This document shows positions 17,786 through 25,199 of a DNA stretch of 26,761 nucleotides, in pieces; the stretch's first letter is position 1, and every line of letters begins with the position of its first letter. Location of the stretch: positions 1-26,761 of the IMG/VR virus record IMGVR_UViG_3300034410_000053; one strand, 5' to 3'. The translations under genes and the position numbers were made by a program. Under the pieces are notes generated by a model, which worked only from the letters and a program-made list of their open reading frames with translations, had not been told where the DNA came from and ran no database searches. The stretch is from a virus (lineage: Duplodnaviria; Caudoviricetes).

Positions 17786-19388
17786 CGACAGTCTCCTCTA
17801 ATCCATTACGTACTTGAATCTGCACCTCGTCATGTACAAACGCCACTATCGCAACATCTTCCTCAGTGTAACCGTTAAGCTCAAATGCTTTAACGATCTC
17901 TAAGTACCAACGCTTACAGATGATGGCCCCTGCTGACTGGAGCAGTGTGTTAAGGGCAGCGTGTGCATGTCTAACTGGAATGCGTCTGCCATCTAAGCCT
18001 TTGATCCAGCCACGTTCTGCTGCCTTGTTGACTGCATCTCGTAGCTTCTTGAGAGCCGGTGTCTTATCAAGAAATTTCTTCTTAATACGTTTACCTTCTT
18101 TGGCTCCCTTACCTATGATAGCTCCGACCTTTGCGTCACCTGCCCCATATAAATATCCGTAGATAAATGTCTTGGCTTGGCTACGTTCAGCTAGACCGGC
18201 TGCTAATTGGTTGGCGGTGTGGATATCGCCTTCTAAGATTTCTCTTCCATACGCTCCTGAATCGTAGTTAGCCATGTAGTGAGCCAGACACCGAAGCTCC
18301 AGCCCAGAAGCATCAGCCCCAAGGAGATGATAATCACGAGGCACTGTAAAAAGCGAACGGCATGTCTTACCATAAGGCGCAGAGATCGAAGGCACTTGTG
18401 CCACGTTCGGGTTAGAGTGGGTGCATCGAGATGTGACCGCACCCATGTGGTTAACTCTTCCATGTAATTTTTCATTTCGTTGTACCTTCAGCCACGCTTG
18501 TTTACCGGTGGCTAGTTGTCCTAGTCGTTTGTTTAACATTAGATATTCAGACAGAAGCGCAGCCTCTGGCATTTCAATGCTTTCGAGTACCTTCTCATCT
18601 ACCTTCGGCTCCCCACTGGGGGTATGGTCCTCAGGTTTCCAGCCTCTCTTCATCAAGCGATCAGCAATCTGCATACGGGAAGCAGGGTTGAATGGGATAA
18701 CTTTAGTCTTAGTCTTTAGCTCTACTATGGTTGGCTCAAAGGTTGACTGTAGTTGGTCCTCAATGTCCTGCTTGCGCTGGGCTAGTTCACTGAACAAACT
18801 CTCTGCTGCTTTAACATCGAACACAAAGCCACGTTGTTCTTGCTTGAACATCTCATCAGCTATCTTGTGTTCCATATCCAAAGCATCAGCCGAGAAGTTC
18901 TTAGCTTCGATGCGTTCGAGTAAGGTCTGGGTTACTTGAGTATCTTGCACACAGTAGTCCAGCATCTCTTGTGAGAAGGTATCCCACACATCAACACTAC
19001 CATCATTGAAGTCTCCCTTGTGATCACCGAGCCTGTAGCCCCACGCCTTGAGCGAGTGTGATCCCCAGAGTTTGGATGGTAATCTTTTTGACTTCTTGTC
19101 TAGCTCCATAAGGTTTGGCCAGACTGTCCTTGAACAGACCAAGGTGTCGAGAACGTCACCCTCATACTGCCAGCCCCATAGTTTAAGTAGGACTGGTAAG
19201 TCGTAAGCAATTAGGTTGTGACCGATAAGCTGGTCAGCGTTCTCCATTACAGGTCTACACATCTTCAGGGTATCCCCATGAAATGTGAGTACCTCTTGGG
19301 TATCCACGTCACGTAGTACAATACAGTGTATCTTTGTGACATCATCTAAGAGATTGTCAGTCTCAATATCTAATACGTATCTTGTCAT
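17679..19388 (-). CDS. Family A DNA polymerase, T7 gp5-like
   Basis: 569 aa; exo DIET, GHNLIAYD, YCVQD; polymerase DASGLELR, AKTFIYGYLYG, VHDE motifs. Confidence 0.97.
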   Translation of the reverse strand: MTRYVLDIETDNLLDDVTKIHCIVLRDVDTQEVLTFHGDTLKMCRPVMENADQLIGHNLIAYDLPVLLKLWGWQYEGDVLDTLVCSRTVWPNLMELDKKSKRLPSKLWGSHSLKAWGYRLGDHKGDFNDGSVDVWDTFSQEMLDYCVQDTQVTQTLLERIEAKNFSADALDMEHKIADEMFKQEQRGFVFDVKAAESLFSELAQRKQDIEDQLQSTFEPTIVELKTKTKVIPFNPASRMQIADRLMKRGWKPEDHTPSGEPKVDEKVLESIEMPEAALLSEYLMLNKRLGQLATGKQAWLKVQRNEKLHGRVNHMGAVTSRCTHSNPNVAQVPSISAPYGKTCRSLFTVPRDYHLLGADASGLELRCLAHYMANYDSGAYGREILEGDIHTANQLAAGLAERSQAKTFIYGYLYGAGDAKVGAIIGKGAKEGKRIKKKFLDKTPALKKLRDAVNKAAERGWIKGLDGRRIPVRHAHAALNTLLQSAGAIICKRWYLEIVKAFELNGYTEEDVAIVAFVHDEVQIQVRNGLEETVGELVKKAMFDTERYYNFRCPLDSDYSVGANWADTH

Positions 19389-19406
19389 GCTCTGTCTCCG
19401 CAGTAG

Positions 19407-19571
19407 CTAGTAAGAAGAAGCAAGCTCCTCCTCACGGATTATCAAAAATTGTTCGTATGAGGGCCAAGCCCCTAGGTCTATTCCGTCCTCACTTTCGAGG
19501 TCATACATGAGGAATAGGTACTCAATGTATTCCTTCCGCATTCCATCAATGGGTCCATCTGCTATGTTCAA
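19407..19571 (-). CDS. Small acidic hypothetical protein (54 aa; below the ORF-track cutoff)
   Basis: TTG overlapping the primase TGA with GAGGAG SD; MNIADGPIDGMRKEYIEYLFLMYDLESEDGIDLGAWPSYEQFLIIREEELASSY. Confidence 0.6.
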   Translation of the reverse strand: MNIADGPIDGMRKEYIEYLFLMYDLESEDGIDLGAWPSYEQFLIIREEELASSY

Positions 19572-21172
19572 AACTCTATCTCCTCATTCTCTTCATCGAA
19601 GATTGTTTCCGTCATGCGCCCTGTCTCTTTGCTGTACTCAAGGTGACAAGCTATGCCTGTCTCCCCGGTCCACCTGTTCTTCAGGATGCGAACGGTTGTT
19701 AGGTTGGGGTTGTCTTTGTCTTGCTGGTTTCGTTCGAGGCCAATGACCTCATCACTAAGCTGGGCTATTGCTGCCGACCCACGTAGCTGTGCTAGTGTAG
19801 TCGTTGCTCCTTCCTCGTGACCCTTGTCACCAGAGGGACGCTTCAAGTGTGAGACAAGTATTAGTCCACACTGTAACTCCTCCGTCAGTGTACGTAATTT
19901 AGTCATAGTGTTATCGATAAGACGACGCTCATCTCCATCACCCATGCCACTAACCACGATACTCAAGTGATCAAGTACAATGTAGGAACAGCCGCAGCCT
20001 CGGACCAGATACCTGATCTTAGCTAGAAGGTTTTCACTATCGGTTGAACCCCAGTGGTCATACAAGAATACCTTACCATTACCTACAGTAGCATCGAAGG
20101 CGGTGCGTAGCTGCTCCTCACTGACATCATCAGACCCTAAGTGTAAGGGCTTGTTGAGTTCTATAGCCATGAGGCCGAGGGCTGTACGCTTAACGCTTTC
20201 TTCTAGTGCTATGTAACCAATGGATTCACCTTGCTTGATTAGGCTGTAGGCAAACTCACGTGCTAGCTGTGACTTACCTATGCCTGACCCGGCAGTGACA
20301 GTTACTATCTCACCCTTACGAATACCTTGGGTCTTCTCATTCAACCCAGCGTAAGGATAAGCAGCAGCTTCAACATCATCAGTAGTGGATACGATATCCC
20401 ACAAGTCGTTACCGGATAAGATACCATCTGGTCTATGGACCTTGGCTTCCCACATACAGTCAACCAGTTCTTTGACACGTCCTGCTTGGAGCATGTCACT
20501 GGCATCCTTTAGTGGGAGCTTTGCTATCTTAGCTTTACCCGGTGTGAACAGTAGGCTGCATTCCTCTGCTGCCTTACGTCCCGGCTCGTCTTGATCCATC
20601 ATCAACACAATGGTTTCAAACTTCTCAAGCCACTCGATATTGTTGGCTAGGTTTTTCTTTGCACCTGCTGCACCATTCACAACAGAGACCACTGGCCATT
20701 TGTTCTGAAGGGCTTGGCTCATGGAGAGAGCATCGAGTTCGCCTTCGACGATTACGATCTGCTTACCTCCATCACGCCACAAGTGCTGGCCGAATAACCC
20801 GGCTGACTTAGTGTCACCCTTGAAGATGAACTCCTTGTTAGGGAAGCGTATCTTCTGGGCTACTGTCTTACCGTTGGTGTTCTTGTAGTTAGCTACCTGT
20901 ACGGATTGTCCGTTGAACTCACCTACTTGGTAGCTCCACTTCTTACAGGTGTCTGCTGTGAGCTTACGTTTGGGCAAGGCTCTGGGTTCCCCTAGTACGG
21001 GGGTAAAGTCTGACTTGATAGCCTGATCAAACATTGGTTGCTCTCCTTCAGCAGCGGTGTAAGTGTGGCACGAGAAACAGAAGTGATGACCGTCAGTGTA
21101 CAAAGCGTTGGCATCCGATGACCCACAATGGGGGCAAGCCTCTTTGCATATTAACTCACTGTCATCATTCAT
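19568..21172 (-). CDS. Primase-helicase, T7 gp4-like
   Basis: 534 aa; CPHC...CFSC zinc finger, TOPRIM EGELD and DQDEPG, Walker A AGSGIGKS, LDHLS, LRGS, KNRWTG. Confidence 0.97.
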   Translation of the reverse strand: MNDDSELICKEACPHCGSSDANALYTDGHHFCFSCHTYTAAEGEQPMFDQAIKSDFTPVLGEPRALPKRKLTADTCKKWSYQVGEFNGQSVQVANYKNTNGKTVAQKIRFPNKEFIFKGDTKSAGLFGQHLWRDGGKQIVIVEGELDALSMSQALQNKWPVVSVVNGAAGAKKNLANNIEWLEKFETIVLMMDQDEPGRKAAEECSLLFTPGKAKIAKLPLKDASDMLQAGRVKELVDCMWEAKVHRPDGILSGNDLWDIVSTTDDVEAAAYPYAGLNEKTQGIRKGEIVTVTAGSGIGKSQLAREFAYSLIKQGESIGYIALEESVKRTALGLMAIELNKPLHLGSDDVSEEQLRTAFDATVGNGKVFLYDHWGSTDSENLLAKIRYLVRGCGCSYIVLDHLSIVVSGMGDGDERRLIDNTMTKLRTLTEELQCGLILVSHLKRPSGDKGHEEGATTTLAQLRGSAAIAQLSDEVIGLERNQQDKDNPNLTTVRILKNRWTGETGIACHLEYSKETGRMTETIFDEENEEIEF

Positions 21173-21350
21173 CCTCTTCCCATACTCCTCGCTCGATAAG
21201 TTCGTTCTCTAGCTCAACGCATGTGTTGTCCAAGAGATGGTAGAGTTCCTCGACCCTAGCGTCGGAACTATAGTTCAAAATTTTTAGCAAAATTTCAGAC
21301 AGGTTTATCTCTGTCGTTGTTGTGATTGTACCTTCAACGGTTGCTCTCAT
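21165..21350 (-). CDS. Acidic hypothetical protein (61 aa)
   Basis: ATG 21350 (MRATVEG) with GAGGAG SD; lies between endonuclease and primase. Confidence 0.65.
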   Translation of the reverse strand: MRATVEGTITTTTEINLSEILLKILNYSSDARVEELYHLLDNTCVELENELIERGVWEEDE

Positions 21351-21717
21351 TGATCCACTCCTCTGGGATTTGTTCTCCTTCAGCCCAAACAAAGTCATAA
21401 CGATTAGCCCACTCAGCACATGTCATCTTGCTGCCGTCCTTCCTTTTCTTCGCCCCGTGTACGGGACTGCTTGCTCGTTGGAACAGGAAGCGGATATCAA
21501 GATGGGGATGCTGTGCTTTGACGGCTTTCATTTTGCGCTGTGCGTCTTGGCGAAAGAAACCTTTTAGTTCTATGTATATGTCACCGACCAGTAGGTCAGG
21601 ATAATACTGACGTTCTACTGTGTATGGGAGATTGTGGGGTTCGTACTGATACGAGACCCCAGCTTTCTCTAACTTGCCGATGACACGCTCCTCAAAAGTC
21701 CCCTTCAGCTTCGCCAT
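21334..21717 (-). CDS. Endonuclease I / Holliday junction resolvase, T7 gp3-like
   Basis: FEERV, YEP, YYPDL, IELKG, HPHLDIRFLFQ, WA...IPEEW; likely start ATG 21717 (GAGG SD). Confidence 0.92.
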   Translation of the reverse strand: MAKLKGTFEERVIGKLEKAGVSYQYEPHNLPYTVERQYYPDLLVGDIYIELKGFFRQDAQRKMKAVKAQHPHLDIRFLFQRASSPVHGAKKRKDGSKMTCAEWANRYDFVWAEGEQIPEEWINESNR

Positions 21718-22324
21718 CTGAAGCCTCACTATCGAAAGGGATGTCATCTTGACGGTTATCTTTAGCTACTGCCTCAGATACAAACCCGTCTTCCTCATCG
21801 AACATGCTGGAACCACCACCATATTCTACAAGATCAATGACCTGTACGCCTTTCATTCGGAGGGAGACACCTACTGTCTTGGTGCTTGCCATCATGTATG
21901 GGATAGGCTCGTAAGCTACCTTGATGACTGACCCGTTACCGATGGCGGTGTCGCTATCCATTGGTGTACGTTTAGCGTCAACCACTACTGGCTTCTGCTC
22001 ATAGGTAGAACCATCACGTGTCTGCACTTTAGCTTTGAGCTTAAGCTTGAACTCGATGTTCCCGGTTGGGTTACCGTTCTGATCATACTCATCTTCATAC
22101 GGTGGTTTTGTGGACAGGGTAGCCTTTAGCTTTGGCTTGGCCTTGACCTCTTCAGCGAACCGCTGTTCAACAATGCTGTCGAGATACTCACAAACTTCTT
22201 GTGCTTCTGCTTCAGGGATAAGCAAGTTCACGGAGAAGATTCCGTTGCTATCGAACTTTGTATCAGGCTCAAATACCTTTGCCCAAAGTGCTTTACCCTT
22301 CATAATTTTTGCTGGTTTTGCCAT
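21692..22324 (-). CDS. Single-stranded DNA-binding protein, T7 gp2.5-like
   Basis: 210 aa; EPDTKF, IGNGS, GVSLRMKGVQVIDL, acidic tail ending in Phe. Confidence 0.93.
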   Translation of the reverse strand: MAKPAKIMKGKALWAKVFEPDTKFDSNGIFSVNLLIPEAEAQEVCEYLDSIVEQRFAEEVKAKPKLKATLSTKPPYEDEYDQNGNPTGNIEFKLKLKAKVQTRDGSTYEQKPVVVDAKRTPMDSDTAIGNGSVIKVAYEPIPYMMASTKTVGVSLRMKGVQVIDLVEYGGGSSMFDEEDGFVSEAVAKDNRQDDIPFDSEASDGEAEGDF

Positions 22325-22355
22325 GTTAACTCCAAGTTAATTTAAGTTTGTAACA

Positions 22356-22371
22356 GTTACTACAGTGTAAC
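22356..22371. promoter_or_regulatory. Putative operator GTTAC-N6-GTAAC
   Basis: GTTACTACAGTGTAAC between the phage promoter and the SSB start; matches 24902 and 24979. Confidence 0.55.
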
Positions 22372-22385
22372 TCTTACGGTTGGGG

Positions 22386-22402
22386 CGATAGTGGAACTTT
22401 AG
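22386..22402 (-). promoter_or_regulatory. Putative phage RNAP promoter (replication operon)
   Basis: CTAAAGTTCCACTATCG, exact copy of 11827-11843; overlaps the RNAP stop codon. Confidence 0.8.
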
Positions 22403-24060
22403 GAGAAGAAGTAATTACTCTCTAATACCCTTGCTAAATCCAAGTCCCGTTTAGCTGGCACGTCTGGTAAATCCGCAGTGCCTATCTGTTTAGCAGCATG
22501 ATCATACAACTCCTGTAACACGTCATGCTCCTCATACATGTCAACGAAACACTCCCTCAAAACATTGCCCAGTCTGTTCATGTTGGGGCTGTGTGTTCCG
22601 TAACTGTCATGCACCATTGCGAAGTCAGTGATCCCTTGGTCCAGACATTTGTTCACTGTCAGGGTAAGGGCCGCAGCATCCAGTGAGTGGATGAAGTTAG
22701 GTGATGCACCTGATGCTGTCTTTGACTTGTTGATAGTGCCGTCCTTCTGGTGCTGGTAAGCCAGCTTGATGATGCTGCCATCAATGAAGGTCTTGATCCT
22801 ACGTAGCTCCAACTCTGGGTAAGCTTGTCGGACTAGCAGGTTAGTAGGTGTTATCCATTCCATAGGTAGCTGGTGCTTGGCGTAGGCTCTGCCCGTATCC
22901 TTGATGAAGCTCATCACCTCACGTGCTGCTGTGATTACAGTACCAATAGCAGCCCACACATGACCGGCTAGGTACAGCGAAGGTGTGAAGTAATCATCAC
23001 CCCAAGGTGACGCTGCTCCCTTGGCTACCTTCTCTTCGATAGCCTCCTCGATGTAGGACCGGCAAGCATGTTGCGTACCTGAGTAAGGCACGATCATCAC
23101 GCTACGCTTTGTCATCTTACGATCAATGCCAAACTCTAAGCACTGCTTTGCCATGACACTACCGGCTCTCGCTTCCTGTTCGATCAGCCGCTTGGCTTCG
23201 TTCGCTACGTCCGTGTAGATGTCCTTAGGTAGATCACTAGGTGTGAGGTTAACTGCTGCACCCCCACGCTCATCCCTTAAGATTGCGCTTAAGTGTTGCA
23301 AGCCGTTGCATGTTCCGTCTGCTGCACAGGGTTGCCGTGTAATAAATCCAACGCCATGACGCAGCCACCCGTACCACTCGAAGACCCACGCTAAGAATTG
23401 AAAGGGTTTGTCTGCCTCGGTCCACCAGAGAAAGTCTAGTGGGTTCTCCGCAGTACGCACAATATTCTCCTCGTTCGCATAGGCCCAACGCACACGTTCC
23501 TTCAACGAAATCTTGTCCTCTCCGAATGTATTTGCTCCGTGTATTGCTAACCATTCTGCTTCCTCCTCGCTCTTGATTTCCATACCATTGGCAAACTCGA
23601 TGGTTGCCTTACCCCAGTCAGCCACCTGTGGTGACATGAAAGATTCCACCGGGTACTTGCGACCCCGGAAGTCTAGCTGCCATACGAACCAGAACTTCTC
23701 GTGCTGCTGGTAGTCCTCGGCTAGTTGGATAGTGCGCTCCACTTGGATGCGCTTGGACATAGACTTGGCGTTGAATTGGTAGATACTGTTGCGTCTCTTG
23801 CGCCAGTTCTTAAACTGCTCACGCTCAAACTCTGACAGGTCAGCCGGTTCCTTATCGAAAGGGTAAGGTGGTAGGGCCAAGTCATTACGTGGTGGTAAGC
23901 CAGCCCACTCCTCGCCACTATCCCACACTGTACGTAGTACCTCGATCACCTTATCGTTAGTCTTCCAAGGTGTACGTTGCAGCGCATTGATACACTTCAA
24001 CTCGGTACTAAGATCACGCCCGTCAAGATCGATTAGATATTGTCTGCTGCTCTTTCTCAT
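22399..24060 (-). CDS. T7-type RNA polymerase, catalytic (C-terminal) polypeptide
   Basis: 553 aa; DFRGRKY, DGTCNGLQH, RKMTKRSVMIVPYS, PNFIHSLDA, VHDSYG and terminal YFFS. Confidence 0.95.
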   Translation of the reverse strand: MRKSSRQYLIDLDGRDLSTELKCINALQRTPWKTNDKVIEVLRTVWDSGEEWAGLPPRNDLALPPYPFDKEPADLSEFEREQFKNWRKRRNSIYQFNAKSMSKRIQVERTIQLAEDYQQHEKFWFVWQLDFRGRKYPVESFMSPQVADWGKATIEFANGMEIKSEEEAEWLAIHGANTFGEDKISLKERVRWAYANEENIVRTAENPLDFLWWTEADKPFQFLAWVFEWYGWLRHGVGFITRQPCAADGTCNGLQHLSAILRDERGGAAVNLTPSDLPKDIYTDVANEAKRLIEQEARAGSVMAKQCLEFGIDRKMTKRSVMIVPYSGTQHACRSYIEEAIEEKVAKGAASPWGDDYFTPSLYLAGHVWAAIGTVITAAREVMSFIKDTGRAYAKHQLPMEWITPTNLLVRQAYPELELRRIKTFIDGSIIKLAYQHQKDGTINKSKTASGASPNFIHSLDAAALTLTVNKCLDQGITDFAMVHDSYGTHSPNMNRLGNVLRECFVDMYEEHDVLQELYDHAAKQIGTADLPDVPAKRDLDLARVLESNYFFS

Positions 24061-24839
24061 TAGTGCGCCCTCACAAGTGGTAGTCGGTTGATAACTTCAG
24101 AGTAGTAGCCTCCACCCCACACCCCATCCCAATCACGGGGAGGTATGATGCACGGTGAGAACCGGGGACGCTTTGACATGTTCGAGTCATTGAACTTGCG
24201 TATCCATTCGAGCGTCTCTGGCGTAGCTATTACGAAGGTGGTGGTCTTGTTACGTGCCGTAGTCTGGCGACGTAGACCTATGATCCCGGTGGTTGTGATG
24301 ATTACATCGACCATCCGTAGCCCCACGTGGATGCGCTCCTCGTTGGTCCATTCGGTATCCTCGAACCCATCCTTGTTCATCTTATTGGTGAGACCGTGGC
24401 GTTTGTTGCGTCGTCCTGATGCTGTCTTCTCGTTGGCCTGTCGGATGATGTTCTTTGCTACGTCCCCCTCTTCAGCCAGCCACTTACCAAGCCGGTCCTG
24501 ATCCTCGATGTACATGCCCACACCACGTGCCACCTTCATCAGTGAGTAGCGTCGGCTGATACCGTCAATGACTGAGAGCAGGGCAAGGTATGCAACCTGA
24601 TCCGGGTTCATTCCCTTTAATTTTTTTCGGGCAATATCTCTATTGGAAGTTGTGGTACTTTGTAGGTGAAGGATGCCCTCCGACACCGCACCTACTACGG
24701 ATGCTACCAAGGCACGTCCGTGTGAAGTCTTACTCTCCAATCCCTTGTCTAGCATCTTTGCGTTCTGATGGTTGTACCTGCGTACTCCTTCCTGAACCAT
24801 CTCATACTCAAGTTGTTTCTGATCTTCGATTGTCGGCAT
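24060..24839 (-). CDS. T7-type RNA polymerase, N-terminal domain polypeptide
   Basis: 259 aa; Q..LEYEM..EGVRRY, W....RIHVG, PCIIPPRDW...GGGYY...LPLVRAH; AGGAGG SD. Confidence 0.92.
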   Translation of the reverse strand: MPTIEDQKQLEYEMVQEGVRRYNHQNAKMLDKGLESKTSHGRALVASVVGAVSEGILHLQSTTTSNRDIARKKLKGMNPDQVAYLALLSVIDGISRRYSLMKVARGVGMYIEDQDRLGKWLAEEGDVAKNIIRQANEKTASGRRNKRHGLTNKMNKDGFEDTEWTNEERIHVGLRMVDVIITTTGIIGLRRQTTARNKTTTFVIATPETLEWIRKFNDSNMSKRPRFSPCIIPPRDWDGVWGGGYYSEVINRLPLVRAH

Positions 24840-24859
24840 GTCTGTTATTGCCTCCTGTA

Positions 24860-24888
24860 TGTCACGCTGTCACGTCACGTCTGTGACA
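24860..24888. repeat. TGTCAC repeat cluster, putative integrase arm-type sites
   Basis: TGTCAC at 24860 and 24868, GTCAC at 24874, inverted GTGACA at 24883. Confidence 0.6.
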
Positions 24889-24901
24889 TGTACTGCAAAG
24901 T

Positions 24902-24917
24902 GTTACGTTAGTGTAAG
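24902..24917. promoter_or_regulatory. Putative operator (GTTAC-N6-GTAAG)
   Basis: GTTACGTTAGTGTAAG upstream of the RNAP start. Confidence 0.55.
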
Positions 24918-24978
24918 GGTTGTGTTTAAGTGCAGGAAAGTGTGCTGATTGCCTATATTTTACTGCACTAAAGTGGTG

Positions 24979-24994
24979 GTTACGTCAGTGTAAC
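24979..24994. promoter_or_regulatory. Putative operator (GTTAC-N6-GTAAC)
   Basis: GTTACGTCAGTGTAAC with perfect inverted half-sites. Confidence 0.6.
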
Positions 24995-25087
24995 AATCTA
25001 CCGGGACCTTTTAAGACGGACGCTGGTAAATCTTTAGGTGTACACTGACGCTGGTTAGTAAATATATTTTATGTAATGATTTCAATG

Positions 25088-25171
25088 TGGTACTCCCACC
25101 CGGACTCGAACCGGGACGCCTTACGGCCACAGATTTTAAGTCTGTTATGTCTACCATTCCATCATGGGAGC
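25088..25171 (-). tRNA. tRNA-Leu(TAA), complete with encoded CCA; probably contains the attP core
   Basis: 84 nt: acceptor GCTCCCA/TGGGAGT, D-loop GG, anticodon arm ACAGA-CTTAAAA-TCTGT, long variable arm GCC-GTAA-GGC, T arm CCCGG-TTCGAGT-CCGGG, discriminator A, CCA. Confidence 0.95.
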
Positions 25172-25176
25172 CAACA

Positions 25177-25196
25177 TTTGTCACACGCTTTGTCAC
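25177..25196. repeat. Tandem TTTGTCAC, putative integrase arm-type sites
   Basis: TTTGTCAC at 25177 and 25189, between the integrase stop and the tRNA. Confidence 0.6.
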
Positions 25197-25199
25197 TTC

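Noticed and set aside
134-23918. Alternative-frame minus-strand ORFs nested in large genes (134-373, 5123-5413, 14786-15052, 15332-15535, 18233-18475, 23270-23554, 23721-23918)
   Set aside because: They are fully embedded in conserved genes and their translations have no recognisable features.
22399-24839. RNAP as a decayed pseudogene or an intron/intein-split gene
   Set aside because: There is no intervening sequence, only one clean break with SD and coupled start, with intact catalytic motifs and matching promoters. A single-base error remains possible and is noted in the finding.
24920-25010. Host sigma70 promoter for the RNAP gene
   Set aside because: Candidate -35/-10 pairs had poor matches or wrong spacing, so none could be supported.
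24860-25060. CRISPR-like mini-array
   Set aside because: The repeats are 6-16 bp, irregularly spaced and partly inverted, which fits protein-binding sites rather than a repeat-spacer array.
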